This document shows, piece by piece, positions 22,716-32,836 of a stretch of 64,000 nt of DNA. The DNA comes from Candidatus Latescibacterota bacterium (GTDB taxonomy: Bacteria; Latescibacterota; UBA2968; UBA8231). The position numbers and the translations under genes were made by a program. The notes beneath the pieces were generated by a model that ran no database searches, was not told where the DNA came from, and was given only the letters and a program-made list of their open reading frames with translations. The stretch covers positions 448,001-512,000 of the forward strand of contig CBDCSU010000005.1 of NCBI GenBank assembly GCA_965221775.1, written 5' to 3'. The first letter of the stretch is position 1; every line of letters begins with the position of its first letter.

Positions 22716-24245
22716 TCAGTCGCCGAGGGGGACGATCGAGTCCAGGCCCTCGGGCTGGGGCAGTACGTAGCGCACGGGCTGCACCGAGCCGTCGGCGCGG
22801 GTCACCCGCTGCACGCGGCGGGTCTTGATGACCGAGTGCTCCACCAGCACCTCGTCGTCGATGCGGCAGCCGTAGAGGTAGCTGGTGCCCTTCACCGTCA
22901 CCCCGGAACCGACGCGCATGGGATGCTCGTCGGAGCCGGTCATGATGACGCCGGACTCGATGCGGCTGCCGGCGCCGACGACGGTGTTGCCCTTGAGGAC
23001 GCTGCGGTCGAGGACCTCCACCCCCTCCTCGAGGACCATCACCTGCCGGGGATAGGTGCTCAGGCGCACGCCGGCGCCGATGCGCACCCCCTCCCCCAGG
23101 ACCACGCGGCCGCTCAATTCGCAGCGGTCGCCGAGGTGGACGCGGCGGTCGAGCTGCACCCCGGCGCCGACGCTGGCGCCCTTGCCGATGACGATGTCCA
23201 GGGGGCCCCGGTCCTTGTCGAGGGCGACGATCTGCTCGATCACCTCGTCGGCGAGGTAGAAGTCCTCGTCGTCGACGATGGTGACGATGTCCATGAGGCG
23301 CTCGTAGGCGCGGCGCCGGGCGATCGCCTCCATGCGGCGCCAGACGCTCTTGACGTTGAAGCCGAGGATCTCGTCGCCGTCGGCGGCGGGCACGGCGCGC
23401 ACCACGAGACCGTGGCCGTTGAAGATCTCCACCAAGTCGGTGAGCATCAGCTCGCCCTGCACGTTGTCGGTGTCCATGGCGCCGATGTGGGCGCGCAGGG
23501 CCGACTCGCCGAAGCAGACGACGAGGGTGTTGATCTCGCGCGTCTCCAGCAGCTCCCGGCGGCTGAAGACGTAGCGCCGGCCGCGGCAGGTCAGCTCCTC
23601 CGACCCGCCCTCGGGCAGGCCGAGGATGTCGCCGTGCTCCTTGATGGCGATCACCCGGCCGGCGTCCTCGCCGGCGTCGTTGCCGTCGGCGTCCTCCCGG
23701 GGGACCCGGACGATGCGGCCGTAGTGGTTCTGCTCCGGCGGCCCGTCGTAGAGGCCGGTGAGGACCATCATGTCGCAGGGCTCGGACTCGAAGGCGCGGC
23801 GGAAGTGGGCGACCACGTTCTCGGTGAGCAGCCCCATGTCGCCGGGGAAGATGTAGACCTGGCGGTCCCGCCCCTCGGGAGGCGGGCCGAAGTGGTCGAG
23901 GGCGACGCGCACGGCGTCGCCGGTGCCGGCGGGCAGCCCGAGGACGGGGTTCTCCTGGTAGGCGAAGCGCCGCCCCGGGCGGGCGCCGAGGTGGTCGGCC
24001 ACCTCCTCCGCCTTGATGCCCACCACGAGCAGCTGGTTCGGGCTCTCCAGGCCGGCGGCGACGGCGTCGGCGACGCGCACCACCGTCGGCCGGCCCCAGA
24101 TCTGGTGGAGCATCTTGGAGGTGTCGGAGCGGATGCGCTTGCCGTGGCCGGCGGCCAGCACCACGCCGACGCGCCCCGGCTCCTCCAGCAGGGGCGAGTC
24201 CAGCTCGCGCAGGCGGGCGCGGAGGCGGCGGCCGTCGGGGGGCAT
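22716..24245 (-). CDS. GlmU-like nucleotidyltransferase with C-terminal hexapeptide beta-helix
   Basis: VVLAAGHGKRIRS..SKMLH, GTGDAV, YGRIVR, EIN, DNVQGE..LTD and hexapeptide repeats; ATG overlaps the ppk1 stop (TGATG). Confidence 0.85.
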   Translation of the reverse strand: MPPDGRRLRARLRELDSPLLEEPGRVGVVLAAGHGKRIRSDTSKMLHQIWGRPTVVRVADAVAAGLESPNQLLVVGIKAEEVADHLGARPGRRFAYQENPVLGLPAGTGDAVRVALDHFGPPPEGRDRQVYIFPGDMGLLTENVVAHFRRAFESEPCDMMVLTGLYDGPPEQNHYGRIVRVPREDADGNDAGEDAGRVIAIKEHGDILGLPEGGSEELTCRGRRYVFSRRELLETREINTLVVCFGESALRAHIGAMDTDNVQGELMLTDLVEIFNGHGLVVRAVPAADGDEILGFNVKSVWRRMEAIARRRAYERLMDIVTIVDDEDFYLADEVIEQIVALDKDRGPLDIVIGKGASVGAGVQLDRRVHLGDRCELSGRVVLGEGVRIGAGVRLSTYPRQVMVLEEGVEVLDRSVLKGNTVVGAGSRIESGVIMTGSDEHPMRVGSGVTVKGTSYLYGCRIDDEVLVEHSVIKTRRVQRVTRADGSVQPVRYVLPQPEGLDSIVPLGD

Positions 24246-26371
24246 CAGGCGGCGCTCCCGATGGCGGCGCTGCCGACGGCGCCGTTCCAGCCGGTCAGGG
24301 GCGGCAGCTCCGCCCCGGGATCCTCGCCGCGGGCCATGGCCATCAGCGCCTCCTGCATGCACAGGGCGGGCTCCCCGTTGGGCGGCTCCAGGCGGACGTA
24401 GCGGCCGTCGGAGAGACAGGCCCGCGTCTTGGAGCGGTCCGCCAGGCACAGCTGCAGGTAGTGGTGCAGGCGCGCCTTGATGCCCTCCTCCTCCACCGGG
24501 AAGACGACCTCCACGCGGTTGCGCAGGTTGCGGTTCATCCAGTCGGCGCTGCCGGTCCAGATCTCGGGATCTCCGCCGTTGGCGAAGTAGAACACCCGGC
24601 TGTGCTCCAGGAAGCGGCCGATGATGCTGTGCACGCGGATGCGCTCGCTGATGCCGAGCAGCCCCGGCCGCAGGCAGCAGATGCCGCGCACCACGAGGTC
24701 GATCTCGACGCCGGCCATGGAGGCGCGGTAGAGGGCGCGGATGATCTTGGCGTCGGTGAGGCCGTTCATCTTGGCCACGATCGCCGCCGGCCGGCCGGCG
24801 CGGGCGTGCTCGATCTCCCGGTCGATGCGGCGCAGGAAGCCGGACATCATCGTCGTGGGCGCCACCAGGAGCTTGCGGAAGGTCTCCTCGGAGCGCGCCG
24901 TGAGCAGGTTGAAGACCTCCGCCACCTCGCGGGTCATGTCCTCGCGGGCCGTGAGCAGGCCCAGATCCGTGTACAAGCGCGCCGTCACGTGGTTGTAGTT
25001 GCCGGTGCCCAGGTGGGCGTAGCGGCGCAGCTGGTCCTCGTCGCGGCGCACCACCATGGAGAGCTTGCAGTGGGTCTTCATGCCCAGCAGGCCGTAGACG
25101 ACGTGGACGCCGCTCTCCTCCAGCTTCTTGGCCCACTCGATGTTGAAAGCCTCGTCGAAGCGCGCCTTCAGCTCCACGAGGACGGCGACCTCCTTGCCCT
25201 GCTCGGCCGCCTCCATCAGCGCCTGCACGACCTCGGAGTCCTCGCCGGTGCGGTAGAGGGTCTGCTTGATCGCCAGCACCCGGGGGTCGCGCACGGCCAT
25301 GCGGATGAAGTCGATGACGGTGTTGAACGACTCGTACGGGTGGTGGAGGAGGACGTCCCGGGCGCGCAGGCTCTCGAAGAACCGGTCCGGCTCGGCGGGC
25401 AGGTTGACCTCCAGCGGAGTGAAGGGCCGGTCCTTGAGCTCCGGCCGGTTGACGAGGCCGTAGATCGTGGTGATGCGGTTGAGGTTGACCGGGCCTTCGG
25501 CGGTGTAGACGCGGTCCTCGTCGACCTCGAACTGGGTCATGAGGAAGCTCACCAGGCGCGCCGGCGCCTTCTCCTCGATCTCGAGGCGGACCACGTCGCC
25601 CTTGCGACGCTGCTCCAGGGACTCGGCGATCTCCTCGAGCAGGTTGTCGGCCTCCTCCTCGTTGACGTAGAGCTCGGAGTTGCGGGTGACGCGGAAGGCG
25701 CCGTGGCCGTTGACGCGGTAGCCCTCGAAGAGCTCGGTCAGGTAGTGGGCGACGATGCCGGCCAGGGTCACCATGTGCACGGCGCCGTCGCCGGCGTCGG
25801 GCAGGGCCAGGATCCTCGGCAGGACCCGCGGCACGGTGACCACGCCCACGGCGGTGCCGCCGTCCTGCTCCAGGAGGACGCCGATGCACAGGGCCTTGTT
25901 GAGGACCCGCGGAAAGGGGTGGGCGGGATCGATGACGATGGGGGTGAGGATCGGCTCCAGCTCGTCGCGCCAGTAGCGGCGGACGAAGGCCAGCTGCTCG
26001 CCGCGCAGCTCGGAGGGCTCGTGGAGGTGGATCTTCTCGTCGGCCAGGGCCGGCAGCAGCTCCTCGTTCCAGCAGCGGTACTGGGCGGCCACCAGCTCGT
26101 GGGTGGTGCGCGAGATGGCGGCCAGCTGCTCCTCCGGCGTCAGCCGGTCGGGGCCGGTGCTGGTGCCGCCGCTCTCCTGGACCTGCAGGATGCCGGCGAC
26201 GCGGACCTCGAAGAACTCGTCGAGGATGTCGGCGACGATGCCGAGGAAGCGGACCCGCTCCAGGAGCGGATTGCGCTCGTCGCGGGCCTCCTCCATGACG
26301 CGGCGGTTGAAGTCGAGCCAGGAGAGCTCGCGGTTGATGTAGTATTCGGGACGGGAGAGATCGACCGCCAC
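24245..26371 (-). CDS. ppk1: Polyphosphate kinase 1
   Basis: YINRELSWLDFNRRV, LLHHPYESF, KQTLYRT, ELKARFDE, KTHCK, GTGNYN, RFLEHSR, SADWMNRNL; GTG 26371 after GAGGT. Confidence 0.97.
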   Translation of the reverse strand: MAVDLSRPEYYINRELSWLDFNRRVMEEARDERNPLLERVRFLGIVADILDEFFEVRVAGILQVQESGGTSTGPDRLTPEEQLAAISRTTHELVAAQYRCWNEELLPALADEKIHLHEPSELRGEQLAFVRRYWRDELEPILTPIVIDPAHPFPRVLNKALCIGVLLEQDGGTAVGVVTVPRVLPRILALPDAGDGAVHMVTLAGIVAHYLTELFEGYRVNGHGAFRVTRNSELYVNEEEADNLLEEIAESLEQRRKGDVVRLEIEEKAPARLVSFLMTQFEVDEDRVYTAEGPVNLNRITTIYGLVNRPELKDRPFTPLEVNLPAEPDRFFESLRARDVLLHHPYESFNTVIDFIRMAVRDPRVLAIKQTLYRTGEDSEVVQALMEAAEQGKEVAVLVELKARFDEAFNIEWAKKLEESGVHVVYGLLGMKTHCKLSMVVRRDEDQLRRYAHLGTGNYNHVTARLYTDLGLLTAREDMTREVAEVFNLLTARSEETFRKLLVAPTTMMSGFLRRIDREIEHARAGRPAAIVAKMNGLTDAKIIRALYRASMAGVEIDLVVRGICCLRPGLLGISERIRVHSIIGRFLEHSRVFYFANGGDPEIWTGSADWMNRNLRNRVEVVFPVEEEGIKARLHHYLQLCLADRSKTRACLSDGRYVRLEPPNGEPALCMQEALMAMARGEDPGAELPPLTGWNGAVGSAAIGSAA

Positions 26372-26480
26372 GTTCCACCTCGGAAGCCTGCGAGACGTGC
26401 TAAGGTAACCCGTTGCGGCGAAAATAGGCAATCAGAGTCTGACGCCGCCGGGCGGATGCCGACCGCGCCTGGCCGATGCC

Positions 26481-27314
26481 TCAGGCCCGCCGGAGTTCCT
26501 CGACGAAGGCGCGGTCCCTGGCGGCGTTGGCGAGGACGCCGGTCAGGTCGAAGGCCTCCCCCGGGGCGGGGGTGATGCCGGCGGTGAACTCCAGGCACAG
26601 GAGGCCGTCGAAGCCGGAGCGGCGCAGGTGGGGCAGGAACCTCCGGTAGTCGGTCCAGTCCCCTTCCTCCAGGAGCGCCGCGGCGCCGTCCTTCCGGTTC
26701 TGCAGATGCACGTGCCGGACGCAGGAGCCGAGAGCGTCGAAGGCGGCCATGGCCGCCGCCGTGTCGTGCTCGACGTAGGGCTGGAAGCAGATCCCGACGC
26801 CGTCCTCCGGCAGCTGCTTCATCAGGCGCCGGGTGCCGTCGAGAGTGTCGCACAGGGTCCCGCCGTGGGTCTCGAGGGTGAGCAGCATCCCCGCCTCGGC
26901 GGTGCGGCCGGCCAGGCGGCGCATGCCCTCCACCGAGCGGCGCCAGACGGCGTCACCGGCCTCGGCGCTGGCCACCCTCCCCGGGAAGATCTTGAAGACC
27001 GAGGCCCCGAGGCGGACCGCGGCGCCGACGAGCTGCTCCAGGCTCCGGCGCTCTTCCTCGTCCTGCGCGCCCTCCAGGTGGAAGGCGGGATAGGCGCCCA
27101 CGCCGACGGCGCGCATCCCCCGCGCCTCCAGGGCCGCGGCCAGCTGCTCGACCCCGGCCTCGGAGAGGCGGTCGAGGTGGTATCCCCACACCTCCAGGTC
27201 GCGGAACCCGGCCGCCGCCATCGGGTCGAGCAGATCCACCAGGGGCCGGGTGAGGGCGTGTTCCGCCGTCCAGCGGTTGGGCTCGAGCATGATCGTGTTG
27301 AGCAGCAGTTGCAT
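26481..27314 (-). CDS. Sugar phosphate isomerase/epimerase (TIM barrel)
   Basis: AGFRDLEVW, LETHGGTLCD, HVHLQN, FDGLLCLEF. Confidence 0.85.
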   Translation of the reverse strand: MQLLLNTIMLEPNRWTAEHALTRPLVDLLDPMAAAGFRDLEVWGYHLDRLSEAGVEQLAAALEARGMRAVGVGAYPAFHLEGAQDEEERRSLEQLVGAAVRLGASVFKIFPGRVASAEAGDAVWRRSVEGMRRLAGRTAEAGMLLTLETHGGTLCDTLDGTRRLMKQLPEDGVGICFQPYVEHDTAAAMAAFDALGSCVRHVHLQNRKDGAAALLEEGDWTDYRRFLPHLRRSGFDGLLCLEFTAGITPAPGEAFDLTGVLANAARDRAFVEELRRA

Positions 27315-27343
27315 GGTTGATCCCTCGGTTCGTGGCGGCGGCT

Positions 27344-28378
27344 TCAGCCCCCGGGGAAGCGCACCCCCAGTTTGACGTTCTCCTCCGGCGCGGCGGCGAT
27401 CTTCGGGTACTCCACCAGCAGGTCGTCGAAGTCGACGATGGGCCGCACCACCGGGACCGCGTCCAGGGAGCCGTCGCGCAGCAGGCCCCAGACGACGTCG
27501 AAGAGGCGGGCCTCGTCCCACCTCGGGTGATCCGGGTTGGGCTCGGAGCAGGCCCGCGAGAACACCAGGGTGGGGCGGTTCATGTGGGCCTCGGCGCCGA
27601 GGTCGAGGCCGGCGGGCCAGGCGCCCGGAGCGGCCCCCGGCACCACCGTCCCGAGGTAGGCGACGCCGCGCAGGGCCTGCTGCAGGGCCTCGTGGTGACC
27701 GCTGTAGTCGATGCAGACGTCGGCGCCGCGTCCGCCCGTGGCCCCGCGGATCTCCAGCCCCGCATCGCAGGCCGCCGGGTCGAGCGTCAGGTCGGCGCCG
27801 GTCTCCGCGGCCACCTGGCGGCGCAACTCGATGGGGTCGACGCCGATGACGGGAGACGCCCCCGAGAGGCGCGCCAGCTGCACCACCATGAGGCCGATCG
27901 CCCCGAGGCCGAAGACGGCCACCGCGTCGCCGAGTCGCACGTGGCCGTCGCGCACGGCGCCGAGGGCGAAGTCGGCCGGGTCGAGGCAGACCGCCGCCTG
28001 CCACGGCACGCCATCGGGCAGGTGCCGCACGCGGCCGCCCTCCCAGACGTGCTCCTCGCGGAAGGGGCCGTGGGCGAAGACGGTGTCACCCACGGCGACA
28101 CCCTCCACGGCGGGACCCGTCTCCACCACCTCGCCGACGCACATGTTCCCGAGGGTGACCGGGTAGCGGACGCCGGGCCGCTCGGCCCGGAAGAGGCGGC
28201 TCTCGCCGTCGAAGGCGCCGCGGGGGCCGGCGTATCCCCGGTACTGGGACATCTCGGTGCCGTGCTTGGCCGCCCCCCAGCGGCTGCGCACGCGCACCTG
28301 GGTCGGCGCCAGCGGCGGGGACTCGATCTCGTCGAAGGCCACCTGACCGGGGCCGGGGGCGATCAGTTGTCTCGGCAT
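27344..28378 (-). CDS. Zinc-binding alcohol dehydrogenase (MDR) family protein
   Basis: KHGTE, GNMCVGEVVE.G, VAVFGLGAIG. Confidence 0.9.
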   Translation of the reverse strand: MPRQLIAPGPGQVAFDEIESPPLAPTQVRVRSRWGAAKHGTEMSQYRGYAGPRGAFDGESRLFRAERPGVRYPVTLGNMCVGEVVETGPAVEGVAVGDTVFAHGPFREEHVWEGGRVRHLPDGVPWQAAVCLDPADFALGAVRDGHVRLGDAVAVFGLGAIGLMVVQLARLSGASPVIGVDPIELRRQVAAETGADLTLDPAACDAGLEIRGATGGRGADVCIDYSGHHEALQQALRGVAYLGTVVPGAAPGAWPAGLDLGAEAHMNRPTLVFSRACSEPNPDHPRWDEARLFDVVWGLLRDGSLDAVPVVRPIVDFDDLLVEYPKIAAAPEENVKLGVRFPGG

Positions 28379-28466
28379 GTTCCGCGTCGGTCCGGCGGGG
28401 TTTTGACAGAAAAGGGGCGCAAAATGTAGCCTTGCCCGCCGCCCTCCTTCCACCCGATCCCAGACG

Positions 28467-29438
28467 ATGATTCCCATGGACCGAGTGAAGATCCTCGTGC
28501 CCGGCGACGACCCGCCGCAGATCGCCGGCTCCCCGCAGCTCGACCGCCTGGCCCCTTACGGCGACGTCACCGTTCACGAGACGCGGCCGGCCGACAAGGC
28601 GGATCAGGTCGAGCGCGCCCGCGGCTTCCACGTCATCATCAACTCCCGGGGCGCCGTGAGTTGGCGCGCCGACGAGCTGCGGGCCCTGCCCGACCTGAGG
28701 ATGATCACCACCTGCTCCATCGGCACCGACATGATCGACCTCGACGCGGCCCGTCAGCGCGGCATCGTCGTCTCCAACCAGCCGGGGCGCACGGCGCCGG
28801 TGGTGGCCGAGCACATGTTCGGCCTCCTCTTCACGGTGGCCAAGCGCGCCGCCTTCCAGACCGCCGAGCTGCGCGAGCACCGCTGGACGCGGCGCATGAA
28901 CCTCACCGTGCAGGGCAAGGTCCTGGGCATCGTCGGCACCGGCAACATCGGCGCCGAGATGGCGCGCCTCGGGGCCTGCCTCGGCATGGAGGTGATCGCC
29001 TGGACCTTCAACCCCTCCCCCGAGAGGGCGGCGGACCTGGGGGTGACGTTCGTCGAGCTGGACGAGCTGCTCGCCCGGTCCGACTACGTGAGCCTCCACG
29101 TGGCGCTCACCGACGACACGCGGCACCTCATCGCGGCGCCGCAGCTGGCCGCCATGAAGCCGGAGGCGGTGCTGCTCAACGGCGCCCGCGGCGAGGTGGT
29201 CGATCTGGAGGCCCTGGCCGCGGCCCTCGACTCGGGAGGGCTCGCCGGCGCCGGCCTCGACGTCTTCCCCGACGAGCCCTTCCTGGAGGACCACCCCATC
29301 AAGCGCTGCGAGCAGGTGGTGATGACCCCCCACATGGCCGACCAGACCCCCGAGGGCGTGGAGCTGCTCAACGTCGGCGCCGTGGACAACATCATCGCCT
29401 GGCTGGAGGGACAGCCGCGCAACAACGTCGCCGCCTGA
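28467..29438 (+). CDS. D-2-hydroxyacid dehydrogenase (phosphoglycerate dehydrogenase-like)
   Basis: VAEH, LGIVGTGNIG, SLHVALT, NGARGEVVD, LDVF.DEP, TPHMA; start may be 28476. Confidence 0.93.
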   Translation: MIPMDRVKILVPGDDPPQIAGSPQLDRLAPYGDVTVHETRPADKADQVERARGFHVIINSRGAVSWRADELRALPDLRMITTCSIGTDMIDLDAARQRGIVVSNQPGRTAPVVAEHMFGLLFTVAKRAAFQTAELREHRWTRRMNLTVQGKVLGIVGTGNIGAEMARLGACLGMEVIAWTFNPSPERAADLGVTFVELDELLARSDYVSLHVALTDDTRHLIAAPQLAAMKPEAVLLNGARGEVVDLEALAAALDSGGLAGAGLDVFPDEPFLEDHPIKRCEQVVMTPHMADQTPEGVELLNVGAVDNIIAWLEGQPRNNVAA

Positions 29439-29454
29439 GGCGCGGGAGAGGCGC

Positions 29455-30294
29455 GTGTTCACCTCCCTGAGCCCCGGCGCCATCGGCGTCGCCGCCGGCG
29501 GCCTCGAGGACACCCTGCGGCTGGCCGCCGCCCACGGCTTCGAAGGCTGCCACTTCAACATCGCCGAGGCGGCCGGCCTCGGTGCTTCCGCCGCCGCCGA
29601 CGCCGCCGCGGCGGCGGGCGTGCGCCTCTCCGCCTTCGGCTTCCCCCTCGACTTCCGCGGCGCCGAGGCCGACTTCGAGCGAGACCTGGACGCCCTGCCC
29701 GCCCTGACGCGCACCGCCGAGGCCCTGGGCGTGGGGCGCACCGCCACCTGGATCGCCCCCGCCTCGGACGAGCTGACCTACGAGGAGAACTTCGCCCTCC
29801 ACGCGCGGCGGCTGAAGCCGGCGGTGGAGATCCTCGCCGGCCACGGGATCCGCCTCGGGCTGGAGTACGTGGGGCCCGACAACAGCCGCCGGGGGCGCCG
29901 CCACGAGTTCGTCCACACCATGGACCAGATGGGGCAGCTGTGCGCCGCCGTGGGGCCCAACTGCGGCTACCTGCTCGACGCCTGGCACTGGTACACGGCG
30001 CGGGAGGACGCCTCCCACCTGCTGAGGCTGGAAGCGGCGCAGGTGGTGGACGTCCACGTCAACGACGCCCCCCGCCGCCCCGTGGGCGAGCAGCTCGACC
30101 ACGAACGCTGCCTTCCCGGCGAGACCGGCGTCATCGACATCGCCGCCTTCCTGGGCAGCCTCGAGCGCATCGGCTACGACGGCCCGGTGATGGTCGAGCC
30201 CTTCAGCCAGCGGCTGCGGGAGATGCCGGCGGCCGAGGCCTGCGCCGCCACGAGGACCGCCCTTCGCAAGGTCTTCGCCCAGGCGGGGCTCTGA
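29455..30294 (+). CDS. Sugar phosphate isomerase/epimerase (TIM barrel)
   Basis: LGLEYVGP, LLDAWHWY, VHVND, RCLPGETGVID, GPVMVEPF; GTG start. Confidence 0.88.
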   Translation: MFTSLSPGAIGVAAGGLEDTLRLAAAHGFEGCHFNIAEAAGLGASAAADAAAAAGVRLSAFGFPLDFRGAEADFERDLDALPALTRTAEALGVGRTATWIAPASDELTYEENFALHARRLKPAVEILAGHGIRLGLEYVGPDNSRRGRRHEFVHTMDQMGQLCAAVGPNCGYLLDAWHWYTAREDASHLLRLEAAQVVDVHVNDAPRRPVGEQLDHERCLPGETGVIDIAAFLGSLERIGYDGPVMVEPFSQRLREMPAAEACAATRTALRKVFAQAGL

Positions 30295-30435
30295 GTGCCT
30301 GCGCGCCCCGTCTCGCGCGAGTCCATTCGCCGATACGTGCCGGCGCGCCCCGTTGCGCCCGGTCGATGGATCCCCTGCCCGCCTCCGTCGCGCGCCTTGC
30401 GGGCCAGGCGCCTCGGCAGGCACTGAGGCCTCGGG

Positions 30436-31611
30436 ATGGCCGCCCGCGTCGCCCACGTGGTCCCCACGGACCGCATCGCCTACCTGCTGCTGCGCCGGCG
30501 GCTGGGCCGCCTGGCCGACGCCGGGTTCGAGATCCACCTGCTCTGTGGACGCGCCCCCGACTCCGGCGCCCCCGGCGGCGTCGACTACGAGGCCGCCTTC
30601 TCGGGCCTCGGCGTGGAGGTCCACTACCAGACCTTCGAGCGCGAGATCTCGCCGGCGGCCGACGCCCGCTGCGCCGCCGAGCTCTATTTCGCCGTGCGCC
30701 GCGGCGGCTACGACATCGTCCACAGCCACAACCCCAAGGGCGGCCTCCTGGGCCCGCCCGCGGCGCGCCTGGCCGGCGCACGCCGGGTGCTGCACACGGT
30801 GCACGGCTTCCTGTTTCACGACCGCACCCGCGGCCTTCGCCGGGTCGAGGCCCTGGCGGCGGAGCGCTGGACGGCGAACTGGTGCCATCACCTGCTCTTC
30901 CAGGTCGAGGAAGACCTGGAGTACGCGCGCGACCACCGCTTCAAGGCCGCCGACCGACTGCACCTCGTGGGCAACGGCGTCGACGAGTCGTATTTCGACC
31001 TAGCCGCTGATCCTGCGGCAGGAGCCCGACGGCGCGCCGAGCTGGGTTGGGATGCAGACCACCTCGTGGTAGGCACCACGGGCCGTCTGGTACGGGAGAA
31101 GGGTTACGCCGAGTTCTTCGACATGGCCGGCCGCGTCGCCCGGCAGCGGGACGACGTGCGCTTCCTGGTGGTCGGGCTCTTCGAGCCGGAACAGTCCGAC
31201 GCCGTCGATCCGCACGAGCTGGCCCGGGCCCACGGCGTGGCCGACCGCTGCGCCGTGCTCCAGGGGCGGGACGACATGCCGGCCCTGTACGCGGCGATGG
31301 ACCTCTTCGTCCTCGCCTCGCACCGGGAGGGGCTCTCGCGGTCGCTGCTGGAGGCGGCGTCCATGGCGCGGCCGGCGGTGGCCTGCGACATCCGCGGCTG
31401 CCGCGAGATCGTCGTGGACGGCGTCACGGGCAGGCTGGCGCCGGTGCGCGACGCGGCGGCGCTGGCCGAGGCGGTGGGGGGCCTGCTGGACGACGAGCCC
31501 GCCCGCCGGCAGATGGGGCGGGCGGCCCGGGAGCGGGTGGTGGCGCGCTACACGGAGGACCGCGTCGCCCGGCGCGTGATCGACTGCTACCGGCAGGTCC
31601 TCGGCGCCTGA
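30436..31611 (+). CDS. Glycosyltransferase family 4
   Basis: HSHNPKGG, GNGVD, GRLVREKG, SHREGLSRSLLEA. Confidence 0.93.
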   Translation: MAARVAHVVPTDRIAYLLLRRRLGRLADAGFEIHLLCGRAPDSGAPGGVDYEAAFSGLGVEVHYQTFEREISPAADARCAAELYFAVRRGGYDIVHSHNPKGGLLGPPAARLAGARRVLHTVHGFLFHDRTRGLRRVEALAAERWTANWCHHLLFQVEEDLEYARDHRFKAADRLHLVGNGVDESYFDLAADPAAGARRRAELGWDADHLVVGTTGRLVREKGYAEFFDMAGRVARQRDDVRFLVVGLFEPEQSDAVDPHELARAHGVADRCAVLQGRDDMPALYAAMDLFVLASHREGLSRSLLEAASMARPAVACDIRGCREIVVDGVTGRLAPVRDAAALAEAVGGLLDDEPARRQMGRAARERVVARYTEDRVARRVIDCYRQVLGA

Positions 31612-31615
31612 GGCC

Positions 31616-32713
31616 TCAGGCGGAATCCCCGCCGCCGGCAGGGCCGTGCTTCTCCTCGAAGGCCTGGATCTCCTCGGCGCCGTCGAGGACCCCCATCTCC
31701 AGGTGGAAGTCGCGGACGGCGCCCGGCTCCAGGTACTCCAGGCAGCCGTTGGCGCGGTTCCAGGCGCGGCCGAGGGCGGAGCAGTTCCCGGGCTCGATGC
31801 CGGTCACGTACGAGCCCCGGTGGAAGTGCTGCCACTGGGTGATCAGGGGAATCTCCGCCACCGGGAAGCGCCAGTAGAGACCCAGGCCGAGGCGGTCGTT
31901 CACGAAGCCCACGTGGACCTGTCCCCGGCGGTCGGCGCGGGGCCGGTGCACGCAGACGTCGTGGCGCGCCTTCTTGCGGGGCGCCGCGGCGGTCGTGTAG
32001 ACCTCGGGCCCCACCTCGCGGTCCTCCGTCCACTCGGTGGCCCGGTTCGAGCGCAGGACCAGGCGGGAGCCCCGGTCGAGCAGGGGCCAGCCGGGGTTCG
32101 TGTGGTAGAGGACCATCAGCGGCGACGGGTCGCCGCCGAGGTTCTCGACGCGGTCGTGGATGTGGAAGCGGCGCTCGCCGAGGACCATGGAGATCTCGCG
32201 GGTCATCTCCAGGCAGTGGCCGAACATGATGTGCTCGCGCATGCGGCCGCCGATGCGGAGGACGTACTCCTCCCCCTCCCAGCCGCCGCGGGCGTACACC
32301 TCCTTGGCCGGGATGTAGGAGAGCCGCCCGTGGAGGCCCAGTTCCTCGTCCTCCTCCTCGGGATCGACCTCGGCGTGGCCGACGAAGGTGAGGCCGCAGG
32401 TGGTCAGCAGCCCGAGGAAGGAGCCCCGCATCCAGCCGTCGCCGGCGGGCTCGTAGAAGGCCGGCCCCACGTCCCCCGTCTTCGACCGGAAGCACAGCGA
32501 CATCCCCTTGTAGTGGGCGGAGGCGATGTCCAGGGCGCGGCCGGGCAGCACCGACAGACAGAGGCCCGAGGCGTTGAAGACCTCCACCAGCCCGGCGCCG
32601 CGCTCGTTGCCCTCCACCAGCTCGGCGCGGCGGACGCCGGCCACCTGGCTCATGTCCCCCACGAGATCCTGCAACTGCCGCCGGCTGTAGCGGCGGCCGA
32701 ATAGCCTCGGCAT
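31616..32713 (-). CDS. Aldose 1-epimerase-like DUF4432 family protein
   Basis: GDMSQVAG, GRALDI, GLLTTCGL, LHGRLS, LYHTNPG, YVTGIEPGN; ATG 32713 after GAGGAGG. Confidence 0.88.
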   Translation of the reverse strand: MPRLFGRRYSRRQLQDLVGDMSQVAGVRRAELVEGNERGAGLVEVFNASGLCLSVLPGRALDIASAHYKGMSLCFRSKTGDVGPAFYEPAGDGWMRGSFLGLLTTCGLTFVGHAEVDPEEEDEELGLHGRLSYIPAKEVYARGGWEGEEYVLRIGGRMREHIMFGHCLEMTREISMVLGERRFHIHDRVENLGGDPSPLMVLYHTNPGWPLLDRGSRLVLRSNRATEWTEDREVGPEVYTTAAAPRKKARHDVCVHRPRADRRGQVHVGFVNDRLGLGLYWRFPVAEIPLITQWQHFHRGSYVTGIEPGNCSALGRAWNRANGCLEYLEPGAVRDFHLEMGVLDGAEEIQAFEEKHGPAGGGDSA

Positions 32714-32836
32714 GGCTGCCTCCTCTGTGATAGGTCCCGGTCGGGTTCGTCGACCCTCCCTCGAACTCAACCAACGGCTTAGTATACGGGGCCGTTCCCT
32801 GCAAGCGCATCACCGTGGGCCACAGGAAACCGACCG

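Noticed and set aside
21195-24401. Very long antisense ORFs (also 2780..5164, 5603..7693, 24461..26575, 61463..63592)
   Set aside because: They mirror well-supported genes on the opposite strand, as expected in high-GC DNA, and show no motifs.
24246-26378. 1220-aa ORF suggesting a ppk1/GlmU fusion or overlapping gene
   Set aside because: The upstream part is an alternative frame of ppk1 left open by high GC; ppk1 has its own stop and the GlmU-like gene its own ATG.
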